DNA from: SAR116 cluster bacterium AG-321-K23
GTDB taxonomy: Bacteria > Pseudomonadota > Alphaproteobacteria > Puniceispirillales > Marisalimonadaceae
DNA length: 64,000 nucleotides
Assembly: GCA_003284565.1 (NCBI GenBank)
Contig: QBXO01000003.1
Span: 16,558-80,557, forward strand
Direction: 5' to 3'
Shown here piece after piece: positions 40,978 to 50,542 of the stretch. The notes beneath the pieces are model-generated. The model made no database searches. It was not told the DNA's origin and was given only the letters and a program-made list of their open reading frames with translations. The translations under genes and the position numbers were made by a program. Position 1 is the stretch's first letter, and every line of letters begins with the position of its first letter.

Positions 40978-41054
40978 TGGTGACCTCGACAGGACTCGAA
41001 CCTGTTGCCTCAAGATTAGGAATCTTGCGCTCTATCCAGATGAGCTACGAGGCC
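40978..41054 (-). tRNA. tRNA-Arg(CCT)
   Basis: GGCCTCGTAGCTCATCTGGATAGAGCG-CAAGA-TTCCTAA-TCTTG...GGTTCGAGTCC...ACCA; 77 nt. Confidence 0.97.
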
Positions 41055-41187
41055 ACTCATTTAACCTAATATCATATAAAGATTAATTTTCAATTATTAG
41101 ATGATCTTAATCAAATTGAAATATATCCTAGAAAGTTAAAAAAAATTTCTTAATATTAACAAATAATTAAATATAGGGGATTAATTA

Positions 41188-42108
41188 ATGAATATCGATT
41201 TAGGGTTAAAAGATAAAGTAGCCGTTGTAACTGGAGCCGGTGGAGGAATAGGACGTGAAATAGCTCTTGCTCTTGCGAAAGAGGGAGTTTCTGTTGTTGT
41301 TAACGATATAGGTGTTTCATTAACTGGCGAGGGTGGTTCAGAATCTCCAGCTCAAGAAACTGTCGGATTAATTACTCAAAAAGGAGGGAGAGCTATCATT
41401 AGTAATGATAGTGTTTCTTCATGGAATAGCGCAAAACTAATAATTAAAAAAACATTAGATACTTATGGTAGATTAGATATTGTTATAAATAACGCTGGTA
41501 TTTTAAGAGATACTATTTTCCATAAGATGGAACCCTCAGATTGGAATGACGTAATAAGTGTTCATTTAAATGGAAGCTTTTATGTAAGTAGGGCTGCTGC
41601 TCCATATTTTAGAGAACAAAACTCAGGATCCTACGTACATATGACAAGTACATCAGGATTAATAGGAAATTTTGGTCAGGCAAATTACTCAGCTGCAAAA
41701 TTAGGGATTGCCGGATTATCAAAATCAATTTCTCTAGATATGAGCAGATTTAATGTTAGATCAAATTGTATTGCGCCATTTGCTTGGAGTAGAATGACCA
41801 ATTCTATACCTTCAAACACTGAGGCTGAAAAAGAGAGGGTTGAACGATTAAAGAAAATGACTCCTGAAACCAACGCCCCATTAGCTGTTTTTTTAGCTTC
41901 AGAGGCTGCAAAAAATGTAAGTGGACAAATCTTCAGCGCAAGATTGAATGAATTATTTATATATAATCAAAACAGACCTGTAAAAAGCGTTCATTCAGAA
42001 TCAGGGTGGACACCACAACAAATTGCCGAAAGAGCACTTCCTTCATTTAAAAATTCAATGACACCCAATGAGAGAAGTGGCGATGTTTTTAGCTGGGATC
42101 CAATTTAA
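41188..42108 (+). CDS. SDR oxidoreductase (MFE-2 / hydroxyacyl-CoA dehydrogenase-like)
   Basis: TGAGGGIG, VVNDIG, NNAGILRD and GNFGQANYSAAK. Confidence 0.88.
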   Translation: MNIDLGLKDKVAVVTGAGGGIGREIALALAKEGVSVVVNDIGVSLTGEGGSESPAQETVGLITQKGGRAIISNDSVSSWNSAKLIIKKTLDTYGRLDIVINNAGILRDTIFHKMEPSDWNDVISVHLNGSFYVSRAAAPYFREQNSGSYVHMTSTSGLIGNFGQANYSAAKLGIAGLSKSISLDMSRFNVRSNCIAPFAWSRMTNSIPSNTEAEKERVERLKKMTPETNAPLAVFLASEAAKNVSGQIFSARLNELFIYNQNRPVKSVHSESGWTPQQIAERALPSFKNSMTPNERSGDVFSWDPI

Positions 42109-42110
42109 GA

Positions 42111-42767
42111 CTAGCCTAGAAGTTTGATTATATCTTTCATGTTTGTTACGGTGTGAGATGCTCCAAGGCTGTTTGCATCCTTATCGGTGTAACCACCTGC
42201 AACCGCAATTGATTCTATATTTGCTGCTTTAGCCGCGTCAATATCATTTGATGTATCACCAACCATGTAAAACATTTTGTTTGTTGTATTAAAACCTTCC
42301 ATTGTTAATATTAACATATTTGGCTTTGGTTTTAACGGAATATTATCTCTTGCACCTACAATTGTGGTAAAAAATTTACTTAAATCCATTTCTTGAATTA
42401 ATTTTTCAGTTACAAATTGTCTTTTATTCGTACAAATACCCATTAGTATTTTATGTTCATAAAAAAAATTAAGAGTCTCCATTACTCCAGGCATTAAAGT
42501 ACTATATTTATAGGGCTGTTCTGAATAGTTTTGCCTATAATTATTAAAAAATACTTCATATAAACTTTCATCTCCACCACAGAAATCAACTACTTTTTTT
42601 GATAAAGACAACATACCTTCACCTACAAAAGTTTGTAGTTTTTGCTCAGAGATATTTTTTAAATTATATTTATTTAAAGTTTTGCTTATTGCGTGGTGCA
42701 TATCAGGAACTGAATGAACCAATGTGCCATCTAAATCAAAAATAATATTAAAGTTGATTTTTTTCAT
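42111..42767 (-). CDS. gph: Phosphoglycolate phosphatase (HAD)
   Basis: FDLDGTL, CTNK, KPKP and VGDTSND; downstream of rpe. Confidence 0.82.
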   Translation of the reverse strand: MKKINFNIIFDLDGTLVHSVPDMHHAISKTLNKYNLKNISEQKLQTFVGEGMLSLSKKVVDFCGGDESLYEVFFNNYRQNYSEQPYKYSTLMPGVMETLNFFYEHKILMGICTNKRQFVTEKLIQEMDLSKFFTTIVGARDNIPLKPKPNMLILTMEGFNTTNKMFYMVGDTSNDIDAAKAANIESIAVAGGYTDKDANSLGASHTVTNMKDIIKLLG

Positions 42768-42770
42768 ATT

Positions 42771-43430
42771 TTAAATTTTATAGCGAAGATCTTTGATATT
42801 CTTAGAATAACTATCGACACCATCTCCATTAAAAATAGCTGAACCTGCAACAATTACATTAGCGCCTGCGTCAATTACCTTAGGGGCAATCACCTTATTA
42901 ATGCCACCATCGACCTGAATCTTTACAGGTTTGTCATTTATTAACTCTTTAACTAATCTAATTTTGTCAAGAGATGATTCAATGAACACTTGACCACCAA
43001 AACCTGGATTAACTGTCATTAAAAGTATTAGGTCTAATTTGTCTAACAAGAACTCAAGACCTGAAATAGATGTAGCAGGATTAACAGAAACACCTGCTTT
43101 ACATCCTAATTCACGAATACGATTCAAAGTTCTATCTAAATGTGGAGTGACTTCTTTATGAACAGTTATCATATCAACTCCTGCATTTACGTATTCTTCT
43201 AAAAGATCATCTGGGTTAGTAACCATTAGATGGGCATCAAAAGGTTTTTTTGAATAATCTCTTATGGATTTAATAATTGGGGGCCCAAATGTTAGATTTG
43301 GTACGAAGTGGCCGTCCATAACATCCAAATGTATCCAATCTGCACCTGCTTTATCAATAGCTTTAATTTCATCAGCTAAACATGAAAAATTTGATGTTAA
43401 TATTGATGGTGCTATCAACACATCGGTCAT
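42771..43430 (-). CDS. rpe: Ribulose-phosphate 3-epimerase
   Basis: IAPSIL, HLDVMDGHFVPN, MTVNPGFGGQ and VDGG. Confidence 0.97.
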   Translation of the reverse strand: MTDVLIAPSILTSNFSCLADEIKAIDKAGADWIHLDVMDGHFVPNLTFGPPIIKSIRDYSKKPFDAHLMVTNPDDLLEEYVNAGVDMITVHKEVTPHLDRTLNRIRELGCKAGVSVNPATSISGLEFLLDKLDLILLMTVNPGFGGQVFIESSLDKIRLVKELINDKPVKIQVDGGINKVIAPKVIDAGANVIVAGSAIFNGDGVDSYSKNIKDLRYKI

Positions 43431-43471
43431 TCAAAGATTCCTTTTTATTTCATAAAGTTTAAATTTGTTTT

Positions 43472-44479
43472 TTAAATTGTCTTACCGATAGCTACTGCTG
43501 TATCTGACATTCTATTAGAAAAACCCCACTCATTATCGTACCAGCTTAATACTCTAACGAATGTATTGTCCATTACTTTTGTTTGATCCATGTGAAAAAT
43601 AGAAGAACGAGAGTCGTGATTAAAATCACTTGATACAAGAGGTTCATCTGTAAAGCCAAGAATATTGTTTAGCTCTCCCTTGGCAGATTCTTTAATAATG
43701 TTATTGATTTCGTCAACTGAAGTCGACCTTGAAGCATTAAATTTAAAATCAACAACTGATACATTTTGAGTAGGAACCCTTACCGAAACACCATCTAATT
43801 TTCCGTTTAATTCTGGTAAAACCAATCCAACGGCTTTAGCTGCGCCAGTAGAGGTAGGTATCATATTTCCAGCAGCAGCTCTCGACCTATAAAGATCAGA
43901 ATGCATTGTATCCAATGTTGGTTGATCACCTGTATAAGAATGAATTGTAGTCATAAAACCTTGATTTATACCTACACCATTATTTAACGCCATAGCGACA
44001 GGTGCTAGACAGTTCGTAGTACAAGAGGCGTTTGAAATAACAAGGTGATCTTTAGATATTTTTTGATGATTAACTCCATAAACAACAGTAAGATCAACAT
44101 CACTAGCAGGAGCAGAAACGAGTACCCTCTTCGCACCTGCGTCTAAATGCATTGAAGCTTTTTCCCGACTGGTGAATATACCAGTACACTCCATTGCGAC
44201 ATCAACATCAAGTTCTTTCCAAGGCAAGTCCATCGGATCTCTAATAGAAGTTACTTTTATAGGACCTTGTCCAACATCTAGATTATTGTCACGAATATTA
44301 ACATCTGCTGGAAACTTTCCGTGAACGCTATCATATCTTAGTAAATGAGCATTTGTTTCTACAGGACCTAAGTCATTCACACCAACAACAACTATGTCAT
44401 CACGATCTGATTCAACAATAGCCCTTAAAATATTTCTTCCGATTCTTCCAAATCCATTGATAGCAACTCTTACTGACAT
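43472..44479 (-). CDS. gap: Type I glyceraldehyde-3-phosphate dehydrogenase
   Basis: INGFGRIGR, SNASCTTNCLAP and WYDNEWG. Confidence 0.98.
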   Translation of the reverse strand: MSVRVAINGFGRIGRNILRAIVESDRDDIVVVGVNDLGPVETNAHLLRYDSVHGKFPADVNIRDNNLDVGQGPIKVTSIRDPMDLPWKELDVDVAMECTGIFTSREKASMHLDAGAKRVLVSAPASDVDLTVVYGVNHQKISKDHLVISNASCTTNCLAPVAMALNNGVGINQGFMTTIHSYTGDQPTLDTMHSDLYRSRAAAGNMIPTSTGAAKAVGLVLPELNGKLDGVSVRVPTQNVSVVDFKFNASRSTSVDEINNIIKESAKGELNNILGFTDEPLVSSDFNHDSRSSIFHMDQTKVMDNTFVRVLSWYDNEWGFSNRMSDTAVAIGKTI

Positions 44480-45705
44480 TATCTTTCCTTTCTAAATTTA
44501 TAATCCAAATTATTACTTAACACTGAAATTGCTGGTAATTCCATACCCTCAAGCCATTCTAAAAAAGCTCCCCCTGCTGAGGACACATAAGTAAAATCAT
44601 TAACTACACCAGCCTTGTTTAAAGCAGACATTGTGTCTCCACCACCAGCCACAGTAATTAAATTTTCATTTACTGTTAATTTGGCAGCCTCCTTAGCCAA
44701 TTTAAAAGTTCCTTCACCAAATGGTGCTGTTTCAAAGGCTCCAACTGGACCATTCCAAAGTAGAGTATTAATATTTTGAAACACAGAACTTATTTTACTT
44801 ACAGTTTTAGGACCAATATCTAAAGCCATCATTTCTGAAGGAACAGCATTTGAAGAGACTATTTCAAAATTTGCATTAGTTTCAAATTTCTCGGAAACTA
44901 CAAGATCTATAGGAAGAATTATTTGACAGTTATTTAATTCACTTGTTTTTAAAATTGATTTTGCAATATCAATACAATCTTTTTCGTAAAGACTTTTTCC
45001 CATATTTAAACCCTGCGCAATAAGAAAAGTATTTGCCATTGCTCCACCTATAACCAAATAATCCATCTTAGTTAACAAGTATTCTATTATATTTATTTTT
45101 GATGAAATTTTAGCACCACCAACTAGTGCTGCAACTGGTTTGATTGGTGAGTTCAACACAGAAGTTAGGGCTTTTACTTCCTCATCGAGTAATAATCCAG
45201 AAAAAGATGGAAGAAATTTTGTTATTGCGTGTAAGCTTGCATGAGCTCTATGTGAGCAAGAAAAGGCGTCATTTACAAAAAAATCACAACCCTTAGATAA
45301 TTCATTAGCAAAGTTGTTATCATTTTTAATTTCACTTTCATGAAATCTTAAGTTTTCTAATAATAATATTTCTCCTTGTTCTAGTGCGTTCTTTTGCTTC
45401 AGAACTTCTTTACCTATACAAGATGAATTAAAATATACCTTTGCATTAGTTATTTTGGACAAAACATTTACTAATGGCTTAAGAGAAAAATTTTTATCAA
45501 ATTTTCCCTTTGGTCTACCTAAATGACTACAAATAACTAATTTCGATTGATTTTCTAATAAATAATTAATTGTAGGCATCAACCTTTCAAGCCTGGTTTG
45601 ATCTTGGACAACACCATTAACAAGTGGAATATTTAAGTCAGCTCTTAAAATAACTACTTTGTTACTTACATCTTCATTAACTATACTTTTAATGTTACTT
45701 AACAT
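44479..45705 (-). CDS. pgk: Phosphoglycerate kinase
   Basis: RADLNIP, SHLGRP, LENLRF, HRAHAS and GGAFLEWLEG. Confidence 0.97.
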   Translation of the reverse strand: MLSNIKSIVNEDVSNKVVILRADLNIPLVNGVVQDQTRLERLMPTINYLLENQSKLVICSHLGRPKGKFDKNFSLKPLVNVLSKITNAKVYFNSSCIGKEVLKQKNALEQGEILLLENLRFHESEIKNDNNFANELSKGCDFFVNDAFSCSHRAHASLHAITKFLPSFSGLLLDEEVKALTSVLNSPIKPVAALVGGAKISSKINIIEYLLTKMDYLVIGGAMANTFLIAQGLNMGKSLYEKDCIDIAKSILKTSELNNCQIILPIDLVVSEKFETNANFEIVSSNAVPSEMMALDIGPKTVSKISSVFQNINTLLWNGPVGAFETAPFGEGTFKLAKEAAKLTVNENLITVAGGGDTMSALNKAGVVNDFTYVSSAGGAFLEWLEGMELPAISVLSNNLDYKFRKER

Positions 45706-45733
45706 CTAAAAAATTCACTCTTTGTAATAATAC

Positions 45734-47722
45734 TTATCTTAACAATAATTTCGCAGAATCAATTATAGACTTGCTAGTAATATTAAAATGATTGTATAGG
45801 TCGAAAGCCGGCCCAGATGCTCCAAAACTTTTCATACCAATAAAGATCCCCGTTTCACCTATATACTTACTCCACCCCATTTCAGAAGCAGCCTCAATAG
45901 CTATACGTGGACAATTTCCTAAAACTTGATTTTTATATTCTTCACTTTGTTTATCAAATAATTCCCAGCAAGGAAGCGAGACGACAGTAGCTTTAATACC
46001 TTCTTTGTACATTATTTCAGAAGCTTCCATAGCTATTTCTATTTCAGAACCTGTAGATATCAGAGTAATATCTCTATCTTTTGAAATATTATTTAGAATA
46101 TATCCACCACATGAAACTAAGTTTTTATTAGTTTTTTCAGATCTATAAGCTTTCAAACCTTGTCTTGACAAAGCCAAAACAGTTGGTCCGTTTGTTTTAA
46201 GTGCAACATCCCAAGCCTCTGCAGTTTCAACAACATCTGCTGGCCTTATCAAATTTAAATTAGGTGTTGCTCTTAATATTGCTAGATGTTCAACAGGTTG
46301 ATGAGTTGGTCCATCTTCACCAAGACCAATAGAGTCATGAGTTAATACATAAATTACTCTTATAGACATTAATGCGGATAATCTTATTGATGCTCTCATG
46401 TAATCACTAAAAACTAAGAATGTTCCACCATAAGGTATAAAACCTTTATGTAATGCAATGCCGTTCATAATAGAGCCCATAGCATGCTCTCTTATTCCAT
46501 AATGAATATAATTACCTGAAAAATTGCTTGAGGTAACTGTTTTCATTTCACTAGTTTTAGTTAAATTTGACCCGGTTAAATCTGCTGATCCACCTAATGT
46601 GTTTACGATAGTTTTATTTATTACTTCTAAAGCTTTTTGACTTGCTTGCCTTGTAGCAAGTTTAGGCAAATCTTTTTTCATTTGTCTAATAAAAGAATTC
46701 ATTTTTCTTTGATAAGAATTAGGAATGTTTCCTTCTATAAACATCTGGAATCTTTTACTCCTAGGGCTTTCTTCTAATTTTTTTCCCCAAGCTTTAAAAA
46801 GTTCTTTAGATCTTTGCGTAGTTTTTTTCCACTCTGCCAAAATTTCTGAAGGTATCTCAAATGGTTTATTTAACCATCCCAAAGCTTTTCTCGTTGCAGC
46901 AATTTCATCAGCACCAAGAGGAGCACCATGAGTTTTGGCTGTTCCCGCCAAATTGGGTGCACCGTATCCAATCCTAGTTTTACACGCAATTAATGACGGT
47001 TTTCTTGATTTTTTTGCATTTATGATAGCTGTACTAATGTCAGCATGATTATGACCATCTATTATTTGAGTATGCCAACCTGCTGCCTTAAATCTATTAA
47101 TTTGGTTTGAGGAATTTGATAAGTCAGTGGATCCATCAATTGAAATTTTATTGTCATCCCAGAAAACAATTAACTTTGATAACTTAAGATGTCCAGAAAA
47201 CTCAATAGCTTCATGACTAACACCCTCTTGCAGACAACCATCACCTGCAATTACATAAGTATAGTGATCAACTAAATTACTACCAAACCTTGATGCCATT
47301 AACTTTTCACTTAAAGCCATTCCAACTGCAGTTGCAAGACCTTGTCCTAATGGTCCAGTTGTGGTCTCTATACCTTCTGCATGACCAAATTCTGGGTGCC
47401 CGGCAGTATTATAATTTAGCTGTCTAAAATTTTTTATATTTTCAATTGGCATATCTTTATAGCCTAAAAGATAGTGGAGTGAATATAGTAACATTGATCC
47501 ATGACCAGCAGATAAAACAAATCTATCTCTATCTGGCCAATCTGGTTTATCTGGAAAAATATTAATAAAATCTTTGAAAAGAACAGTAGCAACATCTGCC
47601 ATACCCATGGGCATTCCTGGATGACCAGAATTGGCAGCCTGCACTGCATCCATAGATAAAAACCTTATTGCATCAGCCATTTTAGAGGACATATTATCAT
47701 TTGATCTTATGTGTCCTTGCAT
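45734..47722 (-). CDS. tkt: Transketolase
   Basis: [25 protein letters not shown] and [14 protein letters not shown]. Confidence 0.98.
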   Translation of the reverse strand: MQGHIRSNDNMSSKMADAIRFLSMDAVQAANSGHPGMPMGMADVATVLFKDFINIFPDKPDWPDRDRFVLSAGHGSMLLYSLHYLLGYKDMPIENIKNFRQLNYNTAGHPEFGHAEGIETTTGPLGQGLATAVGMALSEKLMASRFGSNLVDHYTYVIAGDGCLQEGVSHEAIEFSGHLKLSKLIVFWDDNKISIDGSTDLSNSSNQINRFKAAGWHTQIIDGHNHADISTAIINAKKSRKPSLIACKTRIGYGAPNLAGTAKTHGAPLGADEIAATRKALGWLNKPFEIPSEILAEWKKTTQRSKELFKAWGKKLEESPRSKRFQMFIEGNIPNSYQRKMNSFIRQMKKDLPKLATRQASQKALEVINKTIVNTLGGSADLTGSNLTKTSEMKTVTSSNFSGNYIHYGIREHAMGSIMNGIALHKGFIPYGGTFLVFSDYMRASIRLSALMSIRVIYVLTHDSIGLGEDGPTHQPVEHLAILRATPNLNLIRPADVVETAEAWDVALKTNGPTVLALSRQGLKAYRSEKTNKNLVSCGGYILNNISKDRDITLISTGSEIEIAMEASEIMYKEGIKATVVSLPCWELFDKQSEEYKNQVLGNCPRIAIEAASEMGWSKYIGETGIFIGMKSFGASGPAFDLYNHFNITSKSIIDSAKLLLR

Positions 47723-47810
47723 AAAAACACTCCTGAAAAATTAGTATAAAGAAATTAGGTTTATCAATAACATTTATGTAAAAAAAATTACATAGAAGTT
47801 TTCAAAAAAA

Positions 47811-48773
47811 TTACAAACTTGAATATGATTTTTTATATTCTAAAACTTCCTCTTTAGAACCAAAAATTAATGGTGACCTTTGGTGTAATTCTTTGACTTC
47901 TAGTTTTAAAATTTTTTTATGTCCATCCGTGGCTTCGCCGTTAGCTTGTTCTACCAGAAAAGCTATCGGATTTGCTTCATACGTTAAACGTAACCTTCCA
48001 TATTTATATTTTTCTCTAGCATCAGAAGGATATAAAAAAACTCCTCCTCGAATAAAAATTCTACTAGCGTCTGCTACTAATGATCCAACCCACCTCATTC
48101 CAAAATTTTTCTTTCTAGGTCCACTTTCTCCACTCTGGCATTCAGTAACATATTTTAATGTGGCACCGTCCCAAAATCTTCTGTATGCAGCATTGATTGC
48201 AAATTCATTAGTTTTTTCTGGTATAACGATATTATCCCTAATTAAGATAAATTTACCTTGCGTTTCATCTAATCCGAATAAGGCAGTTCCAGCACCAACT
48301 GTTACAAATAAAGTTGTTTGTGGGCCATAAACAAAAAAACCTGATGATTTTTGATGAGTTCCATTTTGAATAAACGCTTTTTCTAAAGATAAGTTATTTT
48401 TAGACATTATCGAAAAAATAGTACCTATTGAAACATTTACATCAATGTTACTTGACCCATCAAGTGGATCAGCGAAAACAATAAAATTATTATTATTTTT
48501 AAAGTCGATATACCCTTCTTGCTCTTCGGAGGCATATCCTGCAGCAGGAGATTTTTTTAGAAAATCAATTAAGATTTCATCTGAAATTATATCCAATGGT
48601 TTTTGAATATCACCATCTGAATTTAATTTTCTATCATTATTTGAGATACTTTCTTGTGGTTTGATACTTCTTATAATATTAGATATTTTAATTGCAGCAT
48701 CAGCTAATGATTTGACGATTGATGAAATTTCTTCTTCTTTAGAATTTTTTAATAAATAATTATCAAGATCCAT
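47811..48773 (-). CDS. fbp: Class I fructose-1,6-bisphosphatase (CbbF-like)
   Basis: ASEE, DPLDGSSN, YGP, MRWVGSLVAD and GRLRLTYEANP. Confidence 0.95.
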   Translation of the reverse strand: MDLDNYLLKNSKEEEISSIVKSLADAAIKISNIIRSIKPQESISNNDRKLNSDGDIQKPLDIISDEILIDFLKKSPAAGYASEEQEGYIDFKNNNNFIVFADPLDGSSNIDVNVSIGTIFSIMSKNNLSLEKAFIQNGTHQKSSGFFVYGPQTTLFVTVGAGTALFGLDETQGKFILIRDNIVIPEKTNEFAINAAYRRFWDGATLKYVTECQSGESGPRKKNFGMRWVGSLVADASRIFIRGGVFLYPSDAREKYKYGRLRLTYEANPIAFLVEQANGEATDGHKKILKLEVKELHQRSPLIFGSKEEVLEYKKSYSSL

Positions 48774-48857
48774 ATTTAATTCTTCTAATACAATATTGAA
48801 ACGAAATTAAAACGCATGTAAGTTTGATAAACATAATAAATTTTTTTTGTTTTGTGA

Positions 48858-50354
48858 ATGCTTTATAAAAAACTAAATTTACCCATTAACTTACCACTAA
48901 CAAATTACGAAGAATTTGAAGAAAATAAATCTATCGAGGATGTTGTTAATAAAATAATTAAGTCTAGTAAGCTTGGAGAAAAATTTAGCATATCAATATT
49001 TAAGAAATTTTTTGAAAATAATCTCTCTAAAACTACAAACCAAAAATTATTTTTTATATATCAAGAAATAATCCCAATTATTTTTCAAAATAAAAATAAA
49101 AATGAGGGACTATATCAACTTTTGAGATTTATTAATCAAATAAATTCAAATATAGATTATATAGAAAGGCTTAAAAATTCACCGTTCACTCATAAGAATC
49201 TAGCCAAAGTTTTGTTATTTTCTGGATTTGTAACAAACATACTTTCTAGTGACCAGAAGTTGCTTGAAGTTATTCAACCTGAATATGCGATAAGATTAAA
49301 TGGTAATATATCTTATTATAAAAATTTATTTGAAAAAATAAATTTCAATAGTTTAGATACTGAAACAATGTTAGACACATTGAGAAAACAACACAGATTA
49401 CTCAAATTTCAAATATTGTATGCTTTAATAAATCAAGAAATTAATATTGATAGAGCTTCAACTGAATTTTCCTACTTAGCCCAAGCTACAGTTGATTGCA
49501 TTTTACAAATTGTCAATCATCTCACTTATAAAAAATATAGAGAAATCTGTGAGGATTATTGTGTAATTGCTTATGGAAGGTTTGGAACTTTTAATATGAC
49601 AGCTAACTCTGATCTAGACTTAGTTTTTGTTTATAGTGAAAAATTAAACAAAAAAATTTATATAGATTTTTTTCGAAACCTAATAAATATATTATCTACT
49701 AAAACATCCGAAGGTATTTTATACGAAGTGGATACAAAATTAAGACCTTCTAGAAATCGCGGTCCTATTGCCTGTACATATGAAAATTTTAAAAACTATC
49801 ATAGAACAAAATCTTTTTCTTGGGAAAAAATAGCCCTTAAGAAAGCACGTGTTATTACAGAAAATCAATTTAGTAAAAAAGTTTTCCACCTTTTGAACAA
49901 ATTAAACTCTCTTCCCATATCAAACAAAGAAGTGGTTCAGGAAATTTTTAAAATGAGAGTAAATATTAATAAAAATAAAAATGAATCTGAAAAGTTAGAC
50001 AAAAAACATTTACCAAAATGGTTTGAAACAAAATATGTAGCTGGTGGTCAAAGAGATATTGAATTTTTAAAATTTTTTTATCAAAATAAATTTAGTCTTA
50101 TTGATCAACACGAAAAAGGTAAAAAACAACTATTGTTTAAAAGACTAGAAAATGTTTTTTTTAAATTAGACCAGGTTGTAAATATTTGTTTTATGCAAGA
50201 AAAACAAGAAAGTTTACCAAGTGCTGCTGTTAATTTATTAATAAATGAATTAGATGAAAAAGATCTTGGCTCATTGAAAGCATTAGTCAGTCGGGGAAAA
50301 ACAGATATTTATAATACTTTAAATAAGATTTTAGAATCTGAAATAACTCCATAA
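48858..50354 (+). CDS. glnE: Half-length GlnE-like protein (C-terminal adenylyltransferase domain only)
   Basis: IAYGRFGTFNMTANSDLDLVF, LYEVDTKLRPS, SWEKIAL..ARV and KYVAGGQRDIEF; a single nucleotidyltransferase motif in 498 aa. Confidence 0.75.
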   Translation: MLYKKLNLPINLPLTNYEEFEENKSIEDVVNKIIKSSKLGEKFSISIFKKFFENNLSKTTNQKLFFIYQEIIPIIFQNKNKNEGLYQLLRFINQINSNIDYIERLKNSPFTHKNLAKVLLFSGFVTNILSSDQKLLEVIQPEYAIRLNGNISYYKNLFEKINFNSLDTETMLDTLRKQHRLLKFQILYALINQEINIDRASTEFSYLAQATVDCILQIVNHLTYKKYREICEDYCVIAYGRFGTFNMTANSDLDLVFVYSEKLNKKIYIDFFRNLINILSTKTSEGILYEVDTKLRPSRNRGPIACTYENFKNYHRTKSFSWEKIALKKARVITENQFSKKVFHLLNKLNSLPISNKEVVQEIFKMRVNINKNKNESEKLDKKHLPKWFETKYVAGGQRDIEFLKFFYQNKFSLIDQHEKGKKQLLFKRLENVFFKLDQVVNICFMQEKQESLPSAAVNLLINELDEKDLGSLKALVSRGKTDIYNTLNKILESEITP

Positions 50355-50391
50355 AAATACTTAATTTACGAAAATAAAAGAATATAAATAA

Positions 50392-50447
50392 TGATTAATT
50401 TTTAATCACTTATACTTTTTTGTATTTTTTTGATTAATTATTAATCA
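50392..50447. promoter_or_regulatory. Two tandem 17-bp palindromic operator-like sites upstream of amtB
   Basis: TGATTAA-TTT-TTAATCA (50392-50408) and TGATTAA-TTA-TTAATCA (50431-50447). Confidence 0.6.
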
Positions 50448-50542
50448 TTTTTATAAATCATAAACAACTTACTTCATACAAACTTTGAAAGAAGTAAAAT
50501 TCGATACATCTTGCGGTTAGTTAATTTACACGGAGAATTATT

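Noticed and set aside
40683-41054. Possible island at tRNA-Arg(CCT)
   Set aside because: No nearby duplication of the tRNA 3' end and no integrase; the TGGTGACCT match near 47871 lies inside fbp coding sequence
42111-48773. Evidence of autotrophic CO2 fixation
   Set aside because: No RuBisCO or phosphoribulokinase in the window; all six genes have heterotrophic roles
50495-50516. Sigma54 promoter for amtB
   Set aside because: TTGC is present but there is no GG at the -24 position
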